This document shows positions 10,310-20,400 of a stretch of 64,000 nt of DNA, piece after piece. The notes below the pieces were generated by a model. It had not been told where the DNA came from and did not search any database. It saw only the letters and a program-made list of their open reading frames with translations. How positions within the stretch are numbered: position 1 is the first letter of the stretch; each line of letters begins with the position of its first letter. Source of the DNA: an uncultured Sulfurovum sp. (GTDB lineage: Bacteria > Campylobacterota > Campylobacteria > Campylobacterales > Sulfurovaceae). The stretch covers positions 3,148 to 67,147 of the forward strand of contig CAZSHP010000001.1 in the NCBI GenBank assembly GCA_964606545.1, in the 5' to 3' direction. The translations under genes and the position numbers were made by a program.

Positions 10310-11415
10310 AAAAGACTTATATACTCTTTGTTAGCCCTATACTAGTTGTGGGAGGTACAGAGAGAGTTTTGATTAATATTATGAATAGTCTACCTAGAGA
10401 GGAGTATAAAGTAGAGTTAGTTCTATTTGACAGGAGTGGTAGATTTACCAAAAATCTAAAATCAGATATAGTGATATATGATTTGAATATACCATCTATT
10501 ACAAAAGGTATGCCCTCTCTTTTACAGAAAATCTATCAACTCAAACCCGATATAGTTTTTATAGGTATGGGTTCTTTGAATGTCTCTGTAGCACCTTTTA
10601 TCCCTATATTTAGGTATCTTTTGCCCTCAACAGCTTGGTTCGCTAGACAATCAAGTATCGCAAGTATCAATAATCAATTTGAGAAATCACCTAGAGTCTT
10701 TAATTGGCTCTATCGTATATTTTATAAAAATTATAACAGGGTTATATCACAATCTAACTATATGCAAAATGATTTGATAGATAACTACTCTATGCCAAGA
10801 GATAAAAGTGTAGTGATTAATAACCCTATTGATATAGATAAGATAACTATCTTATCAGAGGAGAGGAGTAACTTCTCTTTTGATAGAGAGAAGATAAACA
10901 TTATCTCTGTAGGTCAGCTTCGTCCCGAAAAACAGCAACATCTTATGTTAAAAGCATTAGCCAAATTAGATAAAGAGTATATATTGATATTTCTAGGTGA
11001 TGGTGTTGAGCAGGACTCTTTGGAGGCGTTGGCTTTAGAGTTAAATATCCAAGATAGAGTCTATTTTTTAGGTTATCAATCAAATCCATACCCATATATG
11101 AGAGAGGCCAATTTACTTCTTTTGTCCTCAAAACATGAGGGGTTTCCAAATGTCGTTTTAGAAGCAAATCTATGTGGTACTCCTGTGGTCTCTTTTGAGT
11201 CTCCAGGGGGCGTGGTTGAGATAATAGAGGATGGAATTAATGGCTTTTTGGTCTCTAATCAAGATGTAGGTAGCTTGAGTAATGGGATAGAGATGGTTGT
11301 GGAGCATCAGTTTGACTCCAATAGTATAAAAGAGATGATAATTCAGAGATATAGCATGAGTCTAATTATCGATAAGTATCAAAAAATTTTAAAAGAAGGT
11401 AGAAATTATGAGTAA
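10306..11415 (+). CDS. Glycosyltransferase family 4 (PglJ-like)
   Basis: GGTERV, VGQLRPEK, GYQSNPY, EGFPNVVLEA; GTG start overlaps upstream stop. Confidence 0.9.
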   Translation: MKKTYILFVSPILVVGGTERVLINIMNSLPREEYKVELVLFDRSGRFTKNLKSDIVIYDLNIPSITKGMPSLLQKIYQLKPDIVFIGMGSLNVSVAPFIPIFRYLLPSTAWFARQSSIASINNQFEKSPRVFNWLYRIFYKNYNRVISQSNYMQNDLIDNYSMPRDKSVVINNPIDIDKITILSEERSNFSFDREKINIISVGQLRPEKQQHLMLKALAKLDKEYILIFLGDGVEQDSLEALALELNIQDRVYFLGYQSNPYPYMREANLLLLSSKHEGFPNVVLEANLCGTPVVSFESPGGVVEIIEDGINGFLVSNQDVGSLSNGIEMVVEHQFDSNSIKEMIIQRYSMSLIIDKYQKILKEGRNYE

Positions 11416-12550
11416 AATATTAATAAGAGATATAATAGATATAGATAAAAAAAGTATAGCAATATGTAGCAACACCTCATGGTATATATATAATTTTAGA
11501 ATGGGACTAATAACAGCACTACAAGCAGATGGTTATAGAGTTGTTCTTATTGCACCAAAAGATGACTACTCAGATAGATTAGAGTCTCTAGGTTGTGAAC
11601 ATTATGATATAGAGATAGATAACAAAGGTACAAATCCTATAGAGGATATGAAGTTAATGTATAGTTTCTATAGACTCTATAGAGAGATAGAACCTGATAT
11701 GCTTCTAATTTATACTATTAAACCAAATATCTATGGTGGTATAGTCTCAAAGATGCTAAATATACCTACACTAAATGTTATTGCAGGACTTGGTACAGTT
11801 TTTTTAAATGAGAACATCTCCTCTAAAATAGCTCGTTGGCTCTACAAAACATCTTTTCGCAATAATAGAGTTCTTTTTGAGAATGAGGATGATTGTGTTG
11901 AGTTTCTTGATAAAAAGTTGGTAAAAAAGGAGCAGGTGACTCTCATCCCTGGTTCGGGAATCAATACAGAGAAGTTTCAACCCAAAATAGAAATAGTTAA
12001 AAATAGTAATAATATAACCTTTTTATTGATAGCTAGACTAATTAGAGACAAAGGGGTAGTAGAGTATATCGAGGCGATAGAGTCTATTCGTGCAAAATAT
12101 CCAACTGTAGAGTTTAAGCTATTAGGCTCTTATTATGAGGGAAATCCATCTGCCATATCCGAAGATGAGGTAAATAGATGGGTAGATAAGGGTCTAATCG
12201 AATATCTAGGCTATACAGACGCTGTTTTAGAAGAGATTCAAAAGGCAGACTGTATAGTGCTTCCCTCCTATAGAGAGGGTCTATCCCGAGTTTTGCTAGA
12301 GGGGGCAAGTATGTCAAAACCAATTATTACCACTAATGTAACGGGCTGTAGAGAGGTGGTTGATGATGGAGTCAATGGTTATTTAGTCCCCGTCAAAGAT
12401 AGTCTATCTCTAGCCAATGCTATGGAAAAGATGATTGCTCTATCTGCAGATGAGAGAGTTGAGATGGGCAAAAAGGGTAGAGCAAAGGTGATAGAGGAGT
12501 TTGATGAGAAGATAGTGATAAAACACTATATGGATGTGATTTCATCATAG
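11408..12550 (+). CDS. Glycosyltransferase family 4 (PglA/CapM-like)
   Basis: YNFR, YTIKPNIYG, GLGTVF, GSGIN, ARLIRDKG, SYREGLSRVLLEG. Confidence 0.9.
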   Translation: MSKILIRDIIDIDKKSIAICSNTSWYIYNFRMGLITALQADGYRVVLIAPKDDYSDRLESLGCEHYDIEIDNKGTNPIEDMKLMYSFYRLYREIEPDMLLIYTIKPNIYGGIVSKMLNIPTLNVIAGLGTVFLNENISSKIARWLYKTSFRNNRVLFENEDDCVEFLDKKLVKKEQVTLIPGSGINTEKFQPKIEIVKNSNNITFLLIARLIRDKGVVEYIEAIESIRAKYPTVEFKLLGSYYEGNPSAISEDEVNRWVDKGLIEYLGYTDAVLEEIQKADCIVLPSYREGLSRVLLEGASMSKPIITTNVTGCREVVDDGVNGYLVPVKDSLSLANAMEKMIALSADERVEMGKKGRAKVIEEFDEKIVIKHYMDVISS

Positions 12551-12564
12551 ATGAGTAGAGATAA

Positions 12565-13404
12565 CTACTTTTTACTTAAATAGTTTGTTATCTCTCTATT
12601 TATTCTCTTCTGTAGCTCATCTTCATGTTTTTTGTAAATTCTATTTAGAGTCTTTGCAAAGGAGCTACTGTAGCGTCTCTCTTCAATCTTGAAAATCATG
12701 GTATAGGCTCCTTTTTTGGATAGTTCTGAACCTATCCATGGTGATTGGTAGCTAGTATCATATCTATGCTCATCTATTTTGAAATTGTACTCATAATCAT
12801 CTTCTAAATCTTTGAAGCTTATAATCTCTCTAAACTCTATAGAGTTATAATCAGATATATTCTCATTAGCAGTTACAAAGGCAAATGATAGATTCAGCTC
12901 ATCTATACTTTTTCTTTTGTTATCTTTGCCACAATAGTAGTAGCTACTAGGTTGAAAATAAAAAGAGCTATTATCATTAGTTTTAATAATATCTAGCTCT
13001 ATTTGTAACTTTCTATCAGATAAATCTTTGCATCTATCACGCTTGTTACTATATCCATCAAAACAGCTGTTTTTTTCATCCTTTATATCTTTTGGGAAGT
13101 TAGCACGAATTATACTAATATGTGATGGTAGAAAAATATTATGGTTTCTATCTCCATCTATATTTTTGTGTACCACTGTTTCACTAGTATAATCCTCTGT
13201 AAAACCTGCAATAGTAGAGGAGAGTATCTTCAATCCCTCCTCTACTAACTCTGGAGCAATCTCTGTAACTGTTTTTGCAATCATCGTTGAGACACCTCCT
13301 TTGGATACTACCTCTTTTGATACAACTGAGTTTTTGGGTGGAGCAGATAGTTCGCTTACAAATATTTTTGTTTGTGTTTTATTTCCAAAATTAAAAATTG
13401 ACAT
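12565..13404 (-). CDS. Hypothetical protein
   Basis: 279 aa ORF with AAGGAG RBS directly downstream of the OMP gene; no recognisable motif. Confidence 0.6.
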   Translation of the reverse strand: MSIFNFGNKTQTKIFVSELSAPPKNSVVSKEVVSKGGVSTMIAKTVTEIAPELVEEGLKILSSTIAGFTEDYTSETVVHKNIDGDRNHNIFLPSHISIIRANFPKDIKDEKNSCFDGYSNKRDRCKDLSDRKLQIELDIIKTNDNSSFYFQPSSYYYCGKDNKRKSIDELNLSFAFVTANENISDYNSIEFREIISFKDLEDDYEYNFKIDEHRYDTSYQSPWIGSELSKKGAYTMIFKIEERRYSSSFAKTLNRIYKKHEDELQKRINREITNYLSKK

Positions 13405-13418
13405 AGAGACTCTCCTTT

Positions 13419-13895
13419 TTATAGTTTGTAGATGGTATTTACCATAAAGTAGTTGATATGTTTATCCATCTTCTGAAATCCTAGACCAAAACCACTATTT
13501 TGATTTATCTGAAAGATAAGCTCAATCCCATAACTTAAGCCATCATCAGCATTTTTATTTTTAGCATATCCAGCTTTTGACCTAAATCCCACAGATGAGC
13601 TTAGAGGGACGAGATAGGTAGCAAATAGATAGGCTGATGAGAAGTTTTTCTCCTCTTTTGTGTATTGATTTTGCCCCTTGAAAAAGCTCTGTACATAACC
13701 AACATCAAACCCCCATCTATCAAGATTCATATAACTATATGAGAGGTGAAGTGCTTGTGTATTTTCATATTTGTCAATATTTTGGTGTACAATTCCACCT
13801 GAAACAAAAGAGTTACTATTACCTAGTATCTCTTTTAGAGGGTCTTGTGCAAAAAGAGTTAGAGAGAGAGATAGAATAATTAAGATTTTTTTCAA
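13419..13895 (-). CDS. Small outer-membrane beta-barrel protein
   Basis: Signal peptide (LSLSLTLFA), alternating aromatic strands, C-terminal IYKL. Confidence 0.65.
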   Translation of the reverse strand: MKKILIILSLSLTLFAQDPLKEILGNSNSFVSGGIVHQNIDKYENTQALHLSYSYMNLDRWGFDVGYVQSFFKGQNQYTKEEKNFSSAYLFATYLVPLSSSVGFRSKAGYAKNKNADDGLSYGIELIFQINQNSGFGLGFQKMDKHINYFMVNTIYKL

Positions 13896-13972
13896 AATAT
13901 TCCCTTTTTTATATTATTTTAGCCAAGATAGATTAAGATTTATATTTTTTTTGCTATAAAACTTAAAAAATA

Positions 13973-14590
13973 TTAATAACTCATCTGTATATTATCTATA
14001 TCACTCCAATTCATACTCTTTTTTTTACCTCTATTTTTTAAGATATGCTCAATATATCTAGCAAATAGGTCAGTTTCTATATTTATCTTAGTTCCTATCT
14101 GATAATCTCCAATTAAAGTCTCTCTAAGTGTATGAGGGATAATCGTCAATCGAAAAGAGTCCTCATAAACATCATTGATAGTGAGTGATACACCATCTAT
14201 AGTTATAGAGCCTTTTGGGATAATATAGGCAATATATTTGGGTTCAACTCTTATAATAAAATCTGTTCCATTCTCTCTAGTGGTGATTTGAACAACCTCT
14301 CCTACACAATCGACATGACCTTGGACTATATGTCCCTCAAATCTGTCCGAGAGTTGCATAGCAGGTTCGATATGAACTCTACCTGATATTTTGGACTCAT
14401 CTATAATAGAACGGGTCTCATCTGCTAATTCCAAATCAAATCCATCACTATTGACCTCTATTACAGTTAGACAGACTCCATTAATAGCTATAGAGTCTCC
14501 TATTTTGGCTCTGTGTTTGGATTGAATAGTTAGGATATTGTTTTGGTATCTCTTTACTTTGGCGATTTCTCTTATTAGTCCTGTGAACAT
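13973..14590 (-). CDS. ribE: Riboflavin synthase (alpha chain)
   Basis: MFTGLI start, GDSIAINGVCLTV, GHIVQGHVD, KGSITIDGVSLT. Confidence 0.96.
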   Translation of the reverse strand: MFTGLIREIAKVKRYQNNILTIQSKHRAKIGDSIAINGVCLTVIEVNSDGFDLELADETRSIIDESKISGRVHIEPAMQLSDRFEGHIVQGHVDCVGEVVQITTRENGTDFIIRVEPKYIAYIIPKGSITIDGVSLTINDVYEDSFRLTIIPHTLRETLIGDYQIGTKINIETDLFARYIEHILKNRGKKKSMNWSDIDNIQMSY

Positions 14591-14602
14591 ACTCTCTCTT
14601 TG

Positions 14603-15847
14603 TTACATATATTTTTTTAATACTTCAGGAATCTCTATTGAACCATCTCTATTTTGGTAGTTTTCCATAATCGCAACCAAAGTCCTACCAACAGCCAAAG
14701 CTGAGCCATTTAGTGTATGAACAAGTCTATTCTTTTTCCCATCTCTATATCGTATCTTTGCTCTTCTAGCTTGGAACTCTCTAGTATTTGAGATAGATGA
14801 AATCTCTCTATACTTATTTTGTCCAGGTAACCAAACCTCTAGGTCAATAGTAGTTGATGCAGAGAACCCAAGGTCACCACCACAAAGCTCAACAACCCTA
14901 TGAGGAAGCCCAAGCCTAGTTAGTATATCAGAAGCATTCTCTACCATCATCTCAAATATCTTGTCACTCTCATTTGGATGAGATATAGCTACCATCTCGA
15001 CTTTGTCGAATTGATGTTGTCTTATCATCCCTCGGGTATCTCGTCCTGCACTCCCTGCCTCTTTTCTAAAACATGGTGTATAACCTGTTAGCAAAATAGG
15101 TAATTCACTCTCTTTTAGTATCTCATCATTATATAGATTGGTTAGTGGAACTTCGGCTGTTGGTATGAGGTATAGATTCTCTCCATCTATCTTAAACAAA
15201 TCATCACCAAACTTTGGTAGTTGCCCTGTCCCTTGTAGCATAGTAGCATTGTTGATAAAAGGCACACAAACCTCCTCAAACCCTCTCTCTCGGTTAACAT
15301 CCAAAAAGAAGTTTATCAAAGCTCTCTCTAATCTAGCTGCATCACCTCTAAGTACAGAAAAACGACTCTTGGCAAGTTTCACACCCCTCTCAAAATCTAT
15401 CCACCCATTTATCTCTGCTAATGCCCAATGCTCTTTTGGCTCAAAATCAAACTCTCTAGGAGTCAGAACTCTTCTAAGCTCTACATTATCCTCCTCATCT
15501 ACTCCCACTGGAACAGAGTCATCAGGTAGATTTGGCATAGCCAAAGCGATACTCTGTAGTGCATTATTTGCCTCATTTGCTGTAGTTTGAAGTGTAGCTA
15601 TTAGTTTTTTGTTTGTAGCGACTCTCTCTTTTAGCTCTGAGATATCCCTTTTCTCACGCATATACTCACCAAAGAGTTTAGACATTCTATTTTGGTCTGC
15701 TTTTGCCTCTTCTAGTTTGGCATTTGCCTCTTTTAGATTTGCAAAGAGCATTTTTAGATTTGCCAATGTCTCACCATCAACACCCTTTTTTGAGAGTTTT
15801 GCAGATGCTTCGCCGAAGTTTTTTTGTAGATATTTTAAATCAATCAT
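14603..15847 (-). CDS. serS: Serine--tRNA ligase
   Basis: Likely start MIDLK at 15847; [41 protein letters not shown]. Confidence 0.97.
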   Translation of the reverse strand: MIDLKYLQKNFGEASAKLSKKGVDGETLANLKMLFANLKEANAKLEEAKADQNRMSKLFGEYMREKRDISELKERVATNKKLIATLQTTANEANNALQSIALAMPNLPDDSVPVGVDEEDNVELRRVLTPREFDFEPKEHWALAEINGWIDFERGVKLAKSRFSVLRGDAARLERALINFFLDVNRERGFEEVCVPFINNATMLQGTGQLPKFGDDLFKIDGENLYLIPTAEVPLTNLYNDEILKESELPILLTGYTPCFRKEAGSAGRDTRGMIRQHQFDKVEMVAISHPNESDKIFEMMVENASDILTRLGLPHRVVELCGGDLGFSASTTIDLEVWLPGQNKYREISSISNTREFQARRAKIRYRDGKKNRLVHTLNGSALAVGRTLVAIMENYQNRDGSIEIPEVLKKYM

Positions 15848-15920
15848 AATATATATCACCTAAAGAAATTTTTTTGGCAATTATATCAAGTTTCTTACCA
15901 ACTTATCTAAAATCCTCTTG

Positions 15921-15940
15921 CCCATAGCTAAGGCTATGGG
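15921..15940. terminator. Perfect hairpin downstream of gltD
   Basis: CCCATAGC-TAAG-GCTATGGG. Confidence 0.55.
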
Positions 15941-15961
15941 ATTTAAGCTATATTTTAATAG

Positions 15962-17437
15962 CTAAAGCTCACATAGAGACTTATCTCGACAATTGAGCAT
16001 ACTCTTCTGTCCATCTCTTAGATACTCATCAACCTCTACAGCACACTCTCGACCTTCATGAATTGCCCAAACTACAAGCGATTGACCTCTACGGCTATCA
16101 CCTGCACTAAAGACACCCTCTACAGAGGTAGCAAACCCTGTAGTTTTAATATTACTTCTCTCATCAGTCTCTAGTGAAATCTCTTTGATTACATCATCCT
16201 GCAAAGGTCCGAGGAATCCCATAGCCAAAAGAACCAAATCGGCTTTTAGAACAAACTCGCTCCCCTCTATCTCTTTGAATCCTCTACCTTCCCACTCTAT
16301 ATAGACACAATTGATGCCTGTCACTTTGCCCTCATCATCCTTAATAAATGATTTTGATAGTACATTAAAATCCATCTTGAAATCAGTAGTGCTACCCTCT
16401 GCTTGGGATGTTGAGAGTCTAAATAACCTTGGGTAGGTAGGCCAAGGCATATCATCTGTTCTCTCTAGTGGAGATTTTGGCATAAGCTCAATCTGTGTTA
16501 CACTCTTTGCTCCTTGACGGATTGAGTTTCCTACACAGTCGCTCCCTGTATCTCCACCACCGATAACTACTACATGCTTGTCTGTAGCTAATATCTCATC
16601 ATCAACAGAGAACTCTTCTCCCTCCACTCTACTATTTGATTGGGATAGAAACTCCATTGCAAAATAAATCCCTTTTGCATCTCTGTTTTCTATCGGTAAG
16701 TCTCTAGGGTTTCCTGCTCCTGTTGTAATAACTACTGCATCATAGGTCTCTTGTAGAACTTTGATAGGTAGAGTTACACCAACATTGGCATTTGGTATAA
16801 ATCTTACACCCTCCTCGCTCATAAGGTCAACTCGTCTCTGGACTACTTTTTGTTTATCTAGTTTGAAATTTGGAATTCCATAACGCACCAATCCACCGAT
16901 TCGTGAATCCTTCTCATAGACACTTACCATATGACCTGCTTTGTTTAGCTGATTAGCTACAGCTAAACCTGCTGGCCCACTCCCAACTATAGCAACTGTT
17001 TTACCCGATTTTACAGCAGGAATTTGAGGTCTCATCCACCCCTCTTTGTATGCTTTTTCAATAATAGAGTACTCTATATTTTTAATCCCCACAGCTGTCT
17101 CATTCATACCCAATACACATGCACTCTCACAAGTAGCAGGACAAACCCGACCTGTAAACTCGGGGAAGTTATTTGTACTCATTAGTGTTCTAAATGCGTA
17201 GTACCATTGACCTCTATATACTTGGTCATTAAACTGTGGAATTAGATTTCCTACAGGACAACCATAATTACTATGACAAAATGGCACACCACAATCCATA
17301 CATCTAGCACTCTGCTCCTCCATCTCATCTTGAGTTAGAGGAGTTGTGAACTCATTGTAGTGCTTTACTCTCTCTTCTACTGGAGCAAGAGTGAAATTTT
17401 TTCTCTCATACTCTTTAAATCCTGTTACTTTACCCAT
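15962..17437 (-). CDS. gltD: Glutamate synthase small subunit
   Basis: Likely start MGKVTGF at 17437, just after the gltB stop; RCMDCGVPFC, NNFPEFTGRVCP, GSGPAGL, GGGDTGSDC. Confidence 0.96.
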   Translation of the reverse strand: MGKVTGFKEYERKNFTLAPVEERVKHYNEFTTPLTQDEMEEQSARCMDCGVPFCHSNYGCPVGNLIPQFNDQVYRGQWYYAFRTLMSTNNFPEFTGRVCPATCESACVLGMNETAVGIKNIEYSIIEKAYKEGWMRPQIPAVKSGKTVAIVGSGPAGLAVANQLNKAGHMVSVYEKDSRIGGLVRYGIPNFKLDKQKVVQRRVDLMSEEGVRFIPNANVGVTLPIKVLQETYDAVVITTGAGNPRDLPIENRDAKGIYFAMEFLSQSNSRVEGEEFSVDDEILATDKHVVVIGGGDTGSDCVGNSIRQGAKSVTQIELMPKSPLERTDDMPWPTYPRLFRLSTSQAEGSTTDFKMDFNVLSKSFIKDDEGKVTGINCVYIEWEGRGFKEIEGSEFVLKADLVLLAMGFLGPLQDDVIKEISLETDERSNIKTTGFATSVEGVFSAGDSRRGQSLVVWAIHEGRECAVEVDEYLRDGQKSMLNCRDKSLCEL

Positions 17438-17438
17438 C

Positions 17439-20400
17439 TTACTGCTCCTCTCCTTCAAGCTCTAGTTCTCTCTCTTCTTTAGCCTCTTTGGTCTGCAAAA
17501 CTCGTTTGTAGTCTCGTGGCATTACCTTTATAAACTTCTCTTTGCTATTTTCCCAATCATTTAGAATTGCATCTGCCTCTTTTGAACCTGTATACTTAAC
17601 ATAATTCTCTATCATAGTTCTTACCTCATTGGAGTCCACCTCTGTCTCTATTCTATCTAGGTCAACCATTCCTCTATTGATTCGCTGTGAGAACTCATCA
17701 TCTTTGTCATATACATAAGCGATTCCTCCACTCATACCTGCTGCAAAGTTTTTACCAATCTCACCCAATATAACAACTCGTCCACCAGTCATATACTCAC
17801 AACCGTGGTCACCAACAGCACCAACAACAACATGAACTCCAGAGTTTCTTACACAGAATCTCTCACCTGCAAATCCATATATATAAGCCTCTCCACTAGT
17901 CGCTCCATAGAATGCAACATTTCCAAGAATTACAGTCTCATTTGCATTAAATGTAGAATTTACAGGTGGATATAGAATCAACTTACCACCACATAGACCT
18001 TTACCAAAATAGTCATTAGCATCACCCTCTAGCTCAAAAGTGATTCCAGAGTTTACAAATGCTCCAAAGCTCTGACCACCTGTACCATTCGCTTTTACAT
18101 AAATTGTATCCTCTAACAGACCATCTTCACCATGTTTTCTAGTCATCTCTGCTGATAGCATAGTTCCAACTGTTCGGTTTATATTTCGTAGTCTTATCTC
18201 TGTTTTGGTTGGAGTTTTGTTATCTATAGCATCTCTCATCGTCTCAATCAACCCATTATCCAAAGCAGCGTCTATTCCATGGTCTTGTTCAATAGTTTTA
18301 TACTTACTATCCTCTTCTCTTACATACATTCTGTAGAGTAGTTTCTCTAGGTGTAGATGTTTTGCTTTCCAGTGTGTTACACCCTCTCTCGCTTTTAGCT
18401 TATCAACTCTACCTACCATCTCGTTGATAGTTCTAAATCCAAGCTCTGCCATAATCTCTCTAAGCTCCATAGCCAAGAATTTTACGAAATTCACTACATG
18501 TTCAGGCTTACCAGTATATTTACCTCTTAGCTCTTTATCTTGTGTAGCAATCCCTACAGGACAGGTGTTTAGGTGACACTTACGCATCATTATACACCCC
18601 TCTACAATTAGAGCAGAGGTAGCAACACCCCACTCCTCTGCACCTAGAAGTGTAGCAATAGCCACATCTCTCCCTGAACGGAGTTGTCCATCTGTTTGGA
18701 GTGTAATTCTACCTCTTAGACCATTTTTTACCAAAGTTTGGTGAGTCTCAGAGAGTCCAAGCTCCCATGGAAGCCCTGCATGTTTAATAGAGGTCTGAGG
18801 AGATGCACCTGTACCACCATCAAATCCTGAAATCAAAATCACATCAGAGTAGGCTTTGGCTACACCTGCTGCGATTGTTCCTACACCCACTTCTGATACT
18901 AGCTTGGTATTGATTCTAGCATTTACATTTGAGTTTTTGAGGTCATGAATTAGCTGTTTTAAATCCTCAATACTATAAATATCATGATGAGGTGGTGGCG
19001 AGATAAGTCCAACCCCTGGGGTTGAGTGTCTTGTAGCACCGATAATCTCATCTACTTTATGCCCTGGTAACTGACCACCCTCACCTGGTTTTGCACCTTG
19101 GGCTAGTTTTATCTGTAGCTCTTCGGCATTGACTAGATAGTTAGCTGTTACACCAAATCTCCCAGAGGCTACCTGTTTGATTTTTGAGTTTTTATTGGTT
19201 CCAAATCTTCTAAAATCCTCTCCACCTTCACCTGTATTACTCTTAGCCCCGATACTATTCATCGCAATTGCTAGAGTCTCATGAGCCTCTTTTGAGATAG
19301 AACCATAACTCATAGCACCTGTAGCAAATCTCTTCATAATATTCTCAATTGGCTCAACCTCATCTATATCTATAGGGTGTTGACCTCTAAAATCAAGCAG
19401 ACCTCTTAGAGTAATATAGTCCTCATTTACAGAATCAACTGTTTTGGTATACTGTTTAAATATCCCATAGTTGTCCTTTTTGGTTGCCTGTTGCAACAAA
19501 AAGATATTTTCAGGTGAGAGTAGATGGCTCTCCCCCTTTTTACGATAAGCATACTGTCCACCTACACCTAAACCATTTGACTCAACTATCTGTTTAGGAT
19601 ATGCAAGTTCATGACAAAGTAGAGTCTCCTGCTCCAAAGTATCTATCTCAATTCCCCCAATTCTCGAAGGTGTTCCAGTAAAGTACTCCTCTACCAACTT
19701 GTCACCAAGACCAACAGCCTCAAATATCTGCGCCCCTGTATATGAACGGATAGTCGAGATTCCCATCTTTGACATGATTTTAAAAATACCCTTGCCAACA
19801 GCTGTAATATAGTTTGCTACAGCCTCCTCTTGGGTTAAATCCTCTCGGATTAAGTTTCTACTTCTCATATCCTCAATAGTCTCAAATGCCAAGAATGGAT
19901 TGATAGCATTTGCTCCAAACCCAATAAGTGTCGCAAAGTGGTGAATCTCTCTAGGTTCAGCAGACTCAATCACTAATCCACAACTAGTTCTTGTTCCCTC
20001 TTTGATGAGATGTTGATGTACAGCAGATGTTGCCAAGAGTGTTGGAATAGGGGCTAACTTCTCATCAACACCTCTAGTTGAGAGTATAATAACCTCATAA
20101 CCCTCCTCTACAGCATTGGATGCCTCTTTTTTTACTCTCTCTATAGCATCTCTCATATCCCCTTTTTTCTCTGCATCAAAGAGGATACTTATACATTTAG
20201 CTCTAAAGTTAAACTCACTAATACCTTTTAGCTTTGCCATCTGTTCATTATCTAAAATTGGAGTTTTTAGCTTAATAAAGTTCCTATCCTCATCTACCTC
20301 TTGGAATAGATTTCCTTGTGAACCGATATAGGAGGTTAGAGACATAACAGACTCTTCACGAATAGGGTCAATTGGTGGATTTGTCACCTGTGCAAAGAGT

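Noticed and set aside
15921-15940. CCCATAGC-TAAG-GCTATGGG as a second REP family
   Set aside because: Single copy in the window; adequately explained as the gltD terminator
17438-17458. ORF-track N-terminal extension of gltD (MKERSSK), and similarly of serS (MIYI, 15848-15859)
   Set aside because: Downstream ATGs (17437 and 15847) give the conventional N-termini; the gltD extension overlaps gltB
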